Source: Vicugna vicugna (Eukaryota). From it: a stretch of DNA of 64,000 nucleotides. The position numbers were made by a program, and so were the translations under genes. Positions 1-11,059 of this stretch are shown piece by piece; the first letter of the stretch is position 1; every line of letters starts with the position of its first letter. The notes under the pieces were generated by a model that saw nothing but the letters and a program-made list of their open reading frames with translations, made no database searches and was not told the origin of the DNA. The stretch lies in contig MU058584.1 of assembly GCA_013265495.1 (NCBI GenBank), forward strand, positions 7,220,407 through 7,284,406, in the 5' to 3' direction.

Positions 1-308
1 CTATTTTATAATAGTGTTGAATAGCTCATGTAATTTATTGAATACTGTACTGAAAGTGAAAAACAGAATGGTTTTATGGGTGCAGAATGGTTAAGTGTAT
101 GGGTTGTTAACCCTGGTGATCACGTGGCTGACAAGGAGCTGGGGTTCCCTGCCACTGTCCAGCATCACCAGGGAGGACCATACTGCCTACAGCTAGCCTG
201 TGAAATCAGATCACAATTCGAAGTCCAGTTTCTACTGAATGCAGACTGCTTTTTCACCATCATAAAGCTGAAAACTTGCAATTTGAAGCATCGTAAGTTG
301 GGGACCAC
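1..308. mobile_element. TcMar-Tigger DNA transposon (MER47/Tigger5-like), right part
   Basis: Matches recalled MER47 consensus (CTATTTTATAATA-GTGTTGAATA.CTCATGTAATTTATTGAATACTGTACTGAAAGTGAAAAACAGAATGG ... CATCGTAAGTTGGGGACC terminal repeat). Confidence 0.8.
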
Positions 309-1823
309 CAATGAGGATTCGGGCACTCCTGAATCCTTGCTCCCACTTGCATAGTGAGTCTGAGCCCCGCCCCACACCCCTCAGTCTTGGCAGTTAGCAC
401 GGCTTCTCGATCTTCTGCTCTGGTCTGGTCTCAGTCTTGTCAGCTGAGAGCTGCCTGTCCCACTGCTCCTATTCTTTGCCTGAGAGCACTGGCTCTGTCT
501 CTCAGCACTCATGAAGCCACAAAACACGCAAGGTGGCACAGTGTCAGGGCATCACCTTCCAGCCTCCTTGCATCAGAACCTCCCTGGATCCTGTGCAGAA
601 ATGGGGAGGATTCCAGTCCCTCTCCTGTTCTGAGCTGTATTTCTTCATCTTCTAAAATGGTGCTGCTGGGGTCCAGGTCAGACCTCTCAGGGGCTTTTGC
701 CTGGAGTGTCCTGGGTGGCACCAACTTCTCTGTACCTACTTCACCCTCACGGACCCTCTCCTCTCCCCTCACAAGCAAAGCAACGTCTGCAGCCTTGAGT
801 TCTCATGCATTTATCAGACACACTTGGGCTCCTTAGGATTCTGTTTCTTGAGGTTCCGCAGGGACCTACACCAGGTGGGGGAGCCAGAGGTCGCAGTGCA
901 GGCATACAGGAACAGGGATGGAAACTTCACTCTTTTCCTTCGTGTCTTCCTTCTTCCCGCGTTTATTAAGCACTAGCCACATCCCAAACACTATGCTGGG
1001 GCAGTAGGGTACCACAATCAAGAACCTTACATTAAGGTAAGCCATCAAATTGGGTTTGATTGGCTCTGGGAGACAAGGGTGAAGAAGCGTGAAGGCAGGC
1101 TGGCCTCTCTGACTGCCTGGCTCTCTGGGGCCGTTGCTGACACAGAGCTGCCAGCCTAGGAAAATTGAAAGCGAAGATGACTGAGCAGTTTGGCTTTTCA
1201 AAAATTGTTTCTGCCTTTTTGCTGGTGAGAAATGAGCTGCTGGGAATTAAGACCCATAGTTCATAGTTGTAAAACATAGCTGTTAAAATAAAGAAAACAT
1301 TTACTGATGACCTCCTACGTGAGAGGTACCATACAAATACTATGTCATTTTTAAGAAGCAGCTTTATTGAGTGTAATTGACAAAAAACTGCACATGTTTA
1401 AATCATACAATTTAGTAAGTTTTACCGTGTGTATACACCCATGAAACCATCACCATGATCAAAATAGTGAACAAAGCCATCACCCTAAAAAATTTCCTTA
1501 TGTCTCCTTGTCGTCCTTTGGTCCTATTTCTTCCCACCTCAAGTGTTATACTCAAGCAACCAATGGTCTGTTTTCTGTCACTCTCAATAAGTTTACATTT
1601 TCTAGAATTTTATGTGAACAGAATCATATGTATGTACTCTCTTTTTGTGTGACTACTTTCATTCATCATACTTTGAGATTCATCCTATTGTTGTGTATAT
1701 CAATAGTTAATTTGTGTTCATTGATGAGGAATATTCCCTTGCTTGGATACACCACAAGTTTATCCATTCATCTGTTGGTGAACATTTAAGTCACAATTTT
1801 GGGCAATTAAAAATAAAGCTGCT

Positions 1824-1988
1824 GGGTGGGGGAGGGTATAGCTCATTGGTAGAGCGCATGCTTAGCATGCATGAGGTCTTATGTTCAAACCCCAGCACCT
1901 CCATTTAAATAAATAAACCTAATTACCTCCCCGACACACAAAAATTTTAAACTACAAAACAATACAGCTCTATACATGAAAAAAAAAT
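1824..1988 (+). mobile_element. tRNA-Ala(AGC)-derived SINE (camelid Vic-1 type)
   Basis: Head GGGGAGGGTATAGCTCA.TGGTAGAGCGCATGCTTAGCATGCATGAGGTC...ACCTCCA, tail AAATAAACCTAATTACCTCCCC plus A-rich end. 11-bp TSD ATAAAGCTGCT at 1813-1823 and 1989-1999. Confidence 0.9.
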
Positions 1989-4754
1989 ATAAAGCTGCTA
2001 TGTTCAAGGTTTTGAATGGACATATGCTTTCACTTCTCTTGGGTAAATAACGAAGAGTAGAATGGCTGTGTCTTATGGTAGGTGTATATTTCACTTTTTA
2101 AGAAACTACTAAACAGTTTTCCAAAGTGATTGCATCTTATATTTTCATCAGCAGTGTATGAGAGCTCCAATTGTTCCATGTCCTTGCTAACACTTAAGTT
2201 TGGTCAGTCTTTTTAATTTCAGATATTGTAATAGGTGGGTAGTGGTAATAGCTAATGATTTTGAGCATCTTTTCATGTTTATTTGCCATGTGTCTATCTT
2301 ATTTGGTGAAGTATCTTTTCAAATCTTGCCTGTTTAAAAAATTGGATTGTATGTTTTCTTTAGTTTTGAGAGTTCTTTATAAATTCTATACTTGTGTCTT
2401 TTATCAGATATGAGATTTGCAAACTTCTTATCTTTTCATTTTCTTAATAGTATCTTTTAAAGAGCAGACATTCTTTATTTTGATGAAGTCTAATTTATCA
2501 GTTGTTTTATGAACTGTGTTTGGATCCATACTAAGAAATCTTTGGAGGATAACTCAAAACCACAATAATTGTTTTTGCTCTTTTCTTCTAGAAGTTAAAT
2601 AGTTTAAGTTCATATATATACATATATGAATCTAGGATTCATTTTGAGTTAATTTGGTGTATGGTATGAAGTATAGATCATTTTGAAAAAATATATATAG
2701 ATATCTAATTAGTCTTTTCAGCAAATGGTGCTAGAATATCTTTTTCTCACTAAATTGCCTTTGCACTTTTGTCAAAATCAATTTGTGTGTCTTTATGCCA
2801 ATATCACTCAGTCTTGATGACTATAACTTTATAATAAGCCTTGAAGTCAAATAGTGTTAAGTCTGCCAAAGCTGTTCTTCTTTTTTTAAGTCATTTTGGC
2901 TCTTCTAGGTCTTCGCATTTCCAAATGAATTTTAGAATCAGATTGTCAACATTCACACACAGAAGTCTGCTGGGATTTTGATGGGGATTGCATTGAATCT
3001 ATAGATCTCATTTGAGGAGACTTTACATAATTAAAATATTGAATCTTTTGTTCCATGAACACTGTATCCTTCCATTTACTTAGATATTCTTTAATTTCTC
3101 ACAGCAATGTTTTATAATTTTTAATATACAAGTATTATGCATCTTTTGTCAGATTTATCTCTAAACAGTTTATATTTTTAATGCTATTGTAAATAGTATT
3201 TTTAAGTTTCCATTTCTGATGGTTTATTACTAGCATAGGGAAATACATTGATTTTTGTATATTGGTCATGTATTCTGAAACTTTGCTTAACTAACTCATT
3301 CTAGTAGCTTTTTTCCCCAGCTTCCATAGGATTTTCTGCATAGACAATCATGTTACCTGTGAATAAAGACTTCTTCCTTTCCAACTTAAGCTTTTTATGT
3401 GTTTTTATTGCCTTATTGAAAGGCCTAAACTCTCTAGTAAAACGTTGAACAGAAATGATGAGAGTGGACATCCTTACGTTGTTCCTGCTTAGGGGAAAGT
3501 ATTCAGTCTTTCACCATTATGTATGATGTTGGCATACATTTTTCATAGATCTCTTTCATCAGGTTGAGGAATTTGTCTTGTACTCAAGTTTACTGGAATC
3601 TTTTAAAAAAAAATTCAGAAAAGAATGTTGGATATTTTGTTAAATACTTTTCCCTGAGATTTCTTTTCCTTTTTGGTCTGCTAATATGGTGAATTATATT
3701 AGTTGATTTTTTAAAAAGCCAATCTCACATTTCTGAGATAATGCATCACAATCAAGTGGGCTTTATCTTCTTCAAATATTGTTTGATTAGTTTTGCTAAA
3801 CATTTTCTTAAGAATTTTTACATTGATGTTCATGAGAAATGAATCCATAATTTTCTTTTATTGAATTGCCTCGCTAGTTTTAGTATCGGGGTAATGCTGA
3901 CTTTGTATAATGACCTGGGAAATACTCCCTCCTTTCCAATTATCTGGAAGCATTTGTGTGAAATTGGAATTATTTCTTCCTTTGATACAACTCACCAGTG
4001 AATTCATCTGAGTCTGGAATTTCCTCTGCGGAAGAGTTAACTACAAATTAATTTCATTTCTTTAACAGATATAGGGATATTCGGGCTGCAAAAAAAAAAA
4101 ATTCTTGAGTGAGCTTTGGTGGTTTCGGTCTTTAAAGGAATTTCTGTCCTCTGCTTTGGTGACTCTAATTATATATCTTAGGATTCTTGAGGTTGTCCTA
4201 CAGCTCAATGATGCTGTATTTATTTATTTTTAAAATTTTCTTTGCCTTTATTTTTCATCACTTCTATTGTTAGGTCTTCAAATTAACTTTTTTCCTGTAG
4301 TGTTTAATTTGCCATGAATCTTATCCATTGTATTTTTCATCCCAGATACTGTAGTTTTCATCTCTTTAAATTTGATTTGTGTCTTTTCATATCATACATA
4401 TCTCAAACATATTTAATCTTCCTCTAACTTCTTAAACGTGTGAAATACAGTTATGTTTTAATGTCTTTGTCTACTGATTGTATCAGCTGTGGTTTTCTGT
4501 GGTTGATTTTGACTGATTTTTTTTTTCTGCCTCATAGGTTGCTTTTTCCTGCTTCTCTGTATGCCTGTTAATATTTGATTGAGGCACATTGTGAATTTTA
4601 CATTTTTGAGTGCTGGATATATATGTATACCTGTAATAAATATTCTTAAGCTTTGTTTCAGGACATAGTTATGTTACTTGGAAACAGCCTGATCCTTCTG
4701 ATTCTTGCTTTTTAGCTTTGTTAGTCAGAAACACAGGTTGATTTTTTTCTTTAC

Positions 4755-5271
4755 TATTACCGAGTCCAAATGCATTCTGCTTGCCACACGACACGCTAAT
4801 AAATTGGGAGAGGAGGTGTTGGGGCAAGGAATAATGACTTTATTCAGAGAGCTGTTAGACCGAGAAGATGGCAGACTAACATCCTGGAGAACCTTTTTTC
4901 CCCAAGTCAGAATTCAGGCTCCTTTCATACTAAAAGGGAGAAGGGGGTATGGTTGGTTGTTGCAAACTTCTTGGTGTTGGAATTCTTTGTTCTTGCAGCT
5001 GTCCACCTAGGTCAGGCTGTGGTGTTCCTGCAGACCTCTAACAAGACAAATGTTATTTTCTATTCTGCAAATTTTTATCTTTATATAAATGGGGAAGTGT
5101 TATACCCTTAAAGGTCAGAGTCTTGAGAATGAGCTATCCTGTATATTTCAGGCTATAGGCAACATCCTTTTACAAAAGGTGCAGAATCAGCATGACTCAG
5201 CACAGGAAAGAGAGCACCGGGTTAAAGCCAAAGGATCTAATATGGAATCAGATTTGTTCTTTTCTATTGCA
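4755..5271 (-). mobile_element. Solo ERV1 LTR (MER41-like, cetartiodactyl type)
   Basis: Begins TATTACCGAGTCCAA (decayed TGTTACC) and ends CA. 4-bp TSD TTAC at 4751-4754 and 5272-5275. AATAAA on the minus strand near 4840. Confidence 0.8.
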
Positions 5272-5764
5272 TTACTATTGAGGCAATATTCTGAATACTC
5301 TACCTAATGCCCCGTGAATTATGATATTTTCCATTCAAGATAAAAGAACTGTTCTTGATTCTGTGTGAGCACTGGGGTTATTTAATCTTTATATTCCTCT
5401 ACTGAATTCTTGAAGGGATCCTCTGCCTTGCAAATTTCAGTCACTTAATCTCTCTGGATTCTCGTCTGTGTGTTTTCGACTCAGAGCTGACCAGGCTGCA
5501 CGTTGATTCCGTAGCCTGGGAATTCTCTTAGGCAGTAAGCTGGCTTAGTTGTAGGGCTCACATCATTTATATCCCATCAGTCCTGAGCGGGTGAACTGGC
5601 AGGCAGTCTGGCCCCAGCTGTGACTGGAGTGTTTCTCAGTGGGGACTTTGTCTTTTATTGCCTGATGTCCGATGTCTTGGTAAACCATTGTTTCATGTAT
5701 TTTGTATTTCAGTTTCAAGTGGGAGAGAATTTGGTCCCTATTATTCCATTGTTTTGACCTTTTA

Positions 5765-6190
5765 AAATATATTTTTTGATTCACACATTGACATGTAATA
5801 AAATTCAGTTCTTGTTGTACAAAATGTATGAATTTTGGCAAATATATACAGCCATGTAACAACCATGATTAAGATGCAGAAAAGTTTCATGACCCTCCAA
5901 AATTTCTCTCATGCTGTCACTGTACAGTCAGCTTCCGCTACCACAAGCCCCTAGCCAATCTCCCATCCATTTTCTATTTCCATGATTCAGCCTTTTCCAA
6001 AAATTTATATAGATAGAAGCAAAAGGAACTGGGCTTATTTTACTTAGCATAATGCATTTGAGATCTATCCACATTGTCAAGCATATTAGAAATTCTTATT
6101 GCTGAACAGTATTCCATTATAAAGATATACCATAGTTTGTTTATTCATCAAGTTGAAGTTCATTTGGCTGCTTGAAGGTCTTAGCAATCA
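5765..6190 (-). mobile_element. L1M 3' end fragment
   Basis: Antisense L1M 3'UTR motifs (CAGCCATGTAAC.ACCA..AT.AAGAT, ACTTAGCATAATGCATTTGAGAT, TATTCCATT.TA..GATATACCA). Confidence 0.7.
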
Positions 6191-6556
6191 CCTGTCATTC
6201 CATTTTATTGGAAATGGAAATCACAGCATATAGCTTAGTCCCCCTAATCTCATTTTACAATGAGTATCTTTTTTGTAAAGTGAGTATTTTTTTATCTCTT
6301 TTTCACACAAGAAAATTCTGATTCAGAGAGATTTAGTTCTAAGCTAATTAAAGGTAAACCCAGGTGTGTTTCTTTCTAAAGCCTGAGTTCTTTTCACTAT
6401 GTTAGCCTCATGGCATTGTCTGAAAGACATTCAGGGCTGGGTTTTAGGTCCATCTGACTTCAATGATACATATGCTCTTAGACAAGTCATGCAAATTTTC
6501 TATGTCAGGGAACTCAAGGGGACTTTTCAGGTGCTCTGTTCCAGGGCTACTCTTTA

Positions 6557-6685
6557 TTTTATTTACTTTTACAGGTGGGGAGGTAATTTGGCTTTTTATT
6601 TCAATGGAGGTACTGGGTATTGAACCCAGGACCTGGTTCTTGCCGAGCATGTACTCTTACCACTTGAGCTATACCCCCACCCCAT
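6557..6685 (-). mobile_element. Vic-1-type SINE
   Basis: Reverse complement of the tRNA-Ala head and GGGGAGGTAATT tail. 14-bp TSD AGGGCTACTCTTTA at 6543-6556 and 6686-6699. Confidence 0.9.
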
Positions 6686-7279
6686 AGGGCTACTCTTTAG
6701 AGCATGGCTGACCTCTCTTCCTAGAGGCCACGTATTTTCAGCCTGGTTTCCTCTCCCCTTTAAAGGAATGACCCTACCTATAAAGTTACTTTCCTTGAAA
6801 ACTCTTTTCCAAGTGATTAGCGCAGTGCCTGACACACAGAAAGATCCTCCATAAATGACTGAGTGAATAAATAAATGGGTGCATGCATGATTGACTGAAG
6901 ACAAGGGTGCTGTCCCCTCCCTTGCCTTCCCCAACAACCACAGCAGGAGGGTCCCAGGCCCCTGCAATCCCTGGACACCAGTGGAATCACATTAACATCA
7001 GCAATCCCCAGTGTCTGGCTCCATTAGCTCAAGCAGGACCTCAGCTCTCCTGAAACTCTTCCCTCATCCAGAAACAGTATTTCTGAATTTTTAAGAATTC
7101 ATGAAGGAATAACAACCAAGTATTTTGAACTGTTGGGGTGGGGGAAGGCATTAACCATAGTTACATAAATAGAAGGTGGTAATTTTTTTGTTCCTTCAAT
7201 TCATAAACCAAAGTCTGAAATTCTGACTGTACTAGTTTGGGGCTGTAAATGTCACCTGTTAGCAAGAAAGTCATGAAAT

Positions 7280-7419
7280 TCACAAAAGGACACATTTCTT
7301 CCTAAGATCCCTCTGGCTTAAACAGCTCCTGCTGACCAGGTGATGAGATGAGTCACGGCCCCTTTCTGGCACACTCAAGGAGCTCTTGCCCCCTGGAAGG
7401 TCGTTTGCAGCCCAGAGGA
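7280..7419 (-). pseudogene. Exon-like segment; possible C-terminal half of a second decayed Link module
   Basis: Strong acceptor CCCCTCCTCTTTGTTCCATAG at 7440-7420. Open frame LWAANDLPGGKSSLSVPERGRDSSHHLVSRSCLSQRDLRKKCVLL*; LPGGKSSLSVP loosely resembles brevican LPGVKTLFLFP. Weak. Confidence 0.2.
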
Positions 7420-7912
7420 CTATGGAACAAAGAGGAGGGGCCGGAATAGAAAGTTCTGCTCAGTCCCCCCCTCCCCCACGTTTCTGTGTCCTTCAGGCAT
7501 GGTGATATCCCCATTTATTGCTCAATTCCTCAGAATCGTTAGTCTTAGAAGCTGGCTTTTAGGACCCTTGGAAATTCAATTCAATTTAACCGTTACTTAC
7601 GGAGCATTTGCTTCATGCCCAGGTTGGTGCTCTTATAGAGGTGGTCTGCGGCTTTCTGGTGGGTTGATGTCTCCTTAATCCCTTAGTGTAAGGAAAACTT
7701 ACAGGTAACTCCTTGGGGCTTGGGAGGGTCAGCTTTGTAAAGAGACTGATCACTCTGATAGATTAAAGGCTTCTGATAGTTTTAGAAACGCCCAGAAGGT
7801 TCTCTGTCTTCCTCATTCCCATCCCCTGCAAGGCTTGAAGATGCCACAGTGTTTGGAAATAGTTCAGGTAAATCCAATGAAATACATACTATGATATGTA
7901 GGTACCTAGTTT

Positions 7913-8127
7913 TTTTTTTTTAAACTGGGGCATAAATTGCTTTATTTTAAGGGGGGATAGTTAGGCTTATTTATTACTAATTTTTTAAATTAATAGACTT
8001 CATTTTTTTAAGAAAAGTTTCAGGTTCACAGTATTACTATTTTTTTTTTAATGGAGGTACTAGGGGTTGAACCCAGGACTTCGTGCATGCTAAGCACACA
8101 CTCTGCCACTGAGCTATGCCCTCCCCA
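7913..8127 (-). mobile_element. Vic-1-type SINE with a 52-bp nested insertion in its tail
   Basis: tRNA-Ala head at about 8052-8126. Short TSD CTAGTTT at 7906-7912 and 8128-8134. Insert 7980-8031 flanked by TATTACTA. Confidence 0.85.
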
Positions 8128-8169
8128 CTAGTTTGTATTTTAATTGCTTATTAAAATTCACACTTAAAA

Positions 8170-8370
8170 GTGGATGCTTAATATGTGTTAGTCATATCTA
8201 CATGTTTATTCATTTCATACTTAGTTATCTGAGATAGATGCTAGCATTTTCTCCATTTTCCTCAGATGAGGAAACTGAGAAGGGTTAAGGCATTGACCAA
8301 ACAAGTTAGAAACTGAAATTTAATTAAAATTTGGTCTGCTGATTTTTAGCTCAGTGCTCACCTCATGATA
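8170..8370 (-). mobile_element. MIR SINE
   Basis: Core CCATTTT...CAGATGAGGAAACTGAG..AGGGTTAAG. Confidence 0.7.
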
Positions 8371-8454
8371 CCCCTTTTTCTCAGTGGGACCTCTTTCTGA
8401 GCCAATAACATTTGTTTTATCTCTTGGATTTACCTGACGGTAATAAGCAACATA

Positions 8455-8670
8455 GGTAGAAGAAAAAGCAGTAACTTTGGCATTAGATAAACCTTATTTT
8501 AAATCTGGAATCTATCACTTAAAAGCTTGGTAACTTTGGGCAAGCTACTTCTCTGTTCTTTTACCTATAAAGTAAGGATAAAAGCACCTGCCTTCCAAGC
8601 TTGTTGTGAGTATTCTGAGCGATGATATATGTATACAAGTGCCTGGCACACTAGAGACACTAAAGGGGGT
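8455..8670 (+). mobile_element. MIR SINE
   Basis: AACTTTGGGCAAGCTACTT..CTCTG..CCTATAAA..GGATAA..GTTGTGAG.ATT..GTGCCTGGCACA. Confidence 0.65.
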
Positions 8671-9219
8671 GGCAGCTATTACCAGCCAGCAGCAGAGTTC
8701 CCATTCCTTTCACGATACATCTTCTCATTCCCGTTGAAGCTTCATTCCCTTATTATTTCAGACCTCATGAATCTACTTTTCCTCTGTGTTACTTCAGCAG
8801 TTACAACCTCTACTGTTCAATTGAACAATTAATTATTTATTGTTTTATATTCTTAGTCTCAGTCCCTGCTTAGTTTGGAAGCTTTGGGGAGCCATTGGAC
8901 TAGGTCTGAGATCTCGGTGTTCTACAGTGTTGAATACATTCTAGACGTGCAATGAATACTTGGAGCGTGATGCTTAGAGTTTTGGGGAGAGTAACTCTTG
9001 TAGTCACAGTAGGAAACAGAAGGCAGGCTAGTCCAGTGCCGTCGGCTTGTACTAACATGTCCTGTTTATATTTTTGCAGAGACTGAGAGGATAAAGCAGT
9101 GTTTATATGTCCCAGCACACATTTTGTAGCAAGATAAGTGAGTTTTGATTACATATTTCCTCTCCAGGTTTGCCAACCCATAGTGACCTATGCACTGAAT
9201 CAAGGTGGCAGAGAGACCG

Positions 9220-9420
9220 AACTCTTGAGTTTCAGAGCATCAGACTTTGAGTCTTATATCCATTCTGACTACTTTGCATCCTGGGGCAAGTTTTGTCAGC
9301 CCTCTGAGTCTGTTTGCTCATTTAAAAAAATGAGGCTAATGGTCCTTTGGAGGGTTGTTTGTAAAGATAAAGTGAACTTTATTAAGTGGAAGGGTTTTAG
9401 TAAATGGTAATGGGCTATAA
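9220..9420 (+). mobile_element. MIR SINE
   Basis: GGGCAAGTT..CCTCTGAGTCTGTTTGCTCATTT.AAAATGAGG.TAAT. Confidence 0.65.
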
Positions 9421-10079
9421 GAGTTTTAAATAATTAGTTTTATTAAGAAGGAATTGGATCTTTGTTTTTACTATTCAAAAAAGGCAGAGAAGAGTAAAAT
9501 GAAGTAAGTAAGAACAGTGTTAACTTGGAGGTACCCTATCGTGCTCATCTAGAGCGAGGGGAAGAAAGACAAGTGAGACCGTTTGGGGGAAGGACACTGT
9601 GGATCCTAGCAAGTTTATGAGCCAAGTGCAGAGAAAGGTCCTAGTTAAGGAAGAAAAAAAAAAAAGGCTTCCTTTCTCAGAGGCCTAGAACACTGAGGGA
9701 GCTAAGGTGGTTTTGGGGATGTGAGGCAGATGAGCAAAAAACAGGTATGACCTTGAGGGTCAGAGCTAGAGAAACAGCCCAGGAAAGGAGCAGAGCCTGG
9801 GCTAACCCCAGGGGCCACGTGCCAATGATGGGCTGATATTTACCATGCATATTATATACCAGGCCCTGTGGGAAGTACTTTACTGGCTATAGGTTACTTA
9901 CTCTCCACAACAGCACCTGAGGCAGGTGATACTGCTGTCCCTGCTTTACTGGTGAAGAAACAGAAGCTTAGAGGAATTAAATCAGCACAAGGTCAGCTTC
10001 TGTTCTCCCTGACTGCACATCCTAACTCTTCAACCGTTACATCCTACTGTCTTAAAACTTGTGAATTTCTGCCTCCACT

Positions 10080-10187
10080 TAGATAGTTCTTTTCCCTCCA
10101 AATATTTATCTTTGGAGAAAAACCTCCTTCCGTATGTGAGCACACCAGGGTATGCAGTATTGTGATCTGGGTAGAGAGGTTGTTGCC
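10080..10187 (-). pseudogene. Decayed exon resembling the C-terminal half of a Link (hyaluronan-binding) module
   Basis: Acceptor CCCCACTTCCTATTCTCCAG ends at 10188. Reads ATTSLPRSQYC, then a +1 frameshift, then YPGVLTYGRRFFSKDKY. Compare aggrecan YPIHTPREGC..FPGVRTYGIRDTNETY and HAPLN1 VPGVRNYGFWDKDKSRY. Confidence 0.4.
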
Positions 10188-10442
10188 CTGGAGAATAGGA
10201 AGTGGGGATAGACCACGATCCCAGAGACAGATACTCACACATACACACACACACCCCTCATTTTTGTTGATTTCCTGGTCATCGTGGCAGCAAAAATTTA
10301 CCAAAGGCAGTGATGGAAACCCAGATTAGCAAGAGCAGGGAGGAGGGTGGTGAATTTTGGATTGAGGACGGCCCTGCAGGGGCCCCATTTCTTCTCAGCA
10401 GTGTGGGTCAAGATCACAAGCTGTTTCCTAAAGCACATTCAC

Positions 10443-10583
10443 CTCTTCCTGGAACAATGATTATTTCCAGAACTCTGCAGGGCTTCTTATACATCCTGAC
10501 CATCTCCTGGGATGTGACCCTAATACTTCATTCTTCATACTGCTTGTTAACTGAACATGACAGCATAGTTGAATAGGATGGAC
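10443..10583 (-). pseudogene. Decayed exon resembling the N-terminal half of a Link module
   Basis: Acceptor TCTTTCTTCTCCCAG|G and donor GAG|GTGAAT. Reads SILFNYAVMFS*QAV*RMKY*GHIPGDGQDV*EALQSSGNNHCSRK (4 stops); compare GIVFHY..YTLDF...GFHQC. Ends in phase 2, matching the next acceptor. Confidence 0.3.
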
Positions 10584-11059
10584 CTGGGAGAAGAAAGATT
10601 TTTTTTTTAAATGGCTAACAGAATCATTTAGTCTCAATATGAAAAAGAAATTTCTCAATTTATGCCTGAGATCTGTTCTTGAGTCACCTCTTTATGGTCA
10701 TCAACTGTACCAGGGACAGAGATGAATAAGAAATGGCCCCTAAGTTTTAAGGAGTTAATATAAAAATGTAAAATGTGATACATTGTGATTATTACTAGAA
10801 TAGAAGTTCCAACAATTAAAGCCTCCTTCAGTTAGAATAGATTGCAAAGGAAAGTCAGGAGCTCTCCTGTCTCTGGAAGTTTTAAGCATATGCTGAATAA
10901 TCACCTGGTCATGACTGGGTTCTTGTATCAGATAAGGACATGGACTACAGGGCCTGAAAATAGTCACTTCTTGGGATGCTAAGACTATATTTTATGCAGA
11001 AGCTACAATGTTGTGGTAGTTCTGGGATTAAGACAGAAGCAATGAGGCAGATGTTCTTG

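Larger units (their letters stand above)
1355..5757 (-). mobile_element. Old eutherian L1 (L1MC/L1MD-type), internally deleted but retaining 3'UTR, part of ORF2, ORF1 region and 5' end; interrupted by a SINE and an LTR
   Basis: Antisense L1M 3'UTR from about 1355, ORF2-like to about 4140, then an abrupt jump to ORF1-region sequence. L1M 5'-end motifs at 5520-5757 (GCAGTAAGCTGG..GTAGGGCTCAC..ACCATTGTTTCAT..TGGTCCCT.TTA.TCCAT). Confidence 0.8.

Noticed and set aside
1829..1903. tRNA-Ala(AGC) gene
   Set aside because: It has a SINE tail, an A-rich end, a TSD and a degenerate T-arm, and four other diverged copies are present. It is a SINE head.
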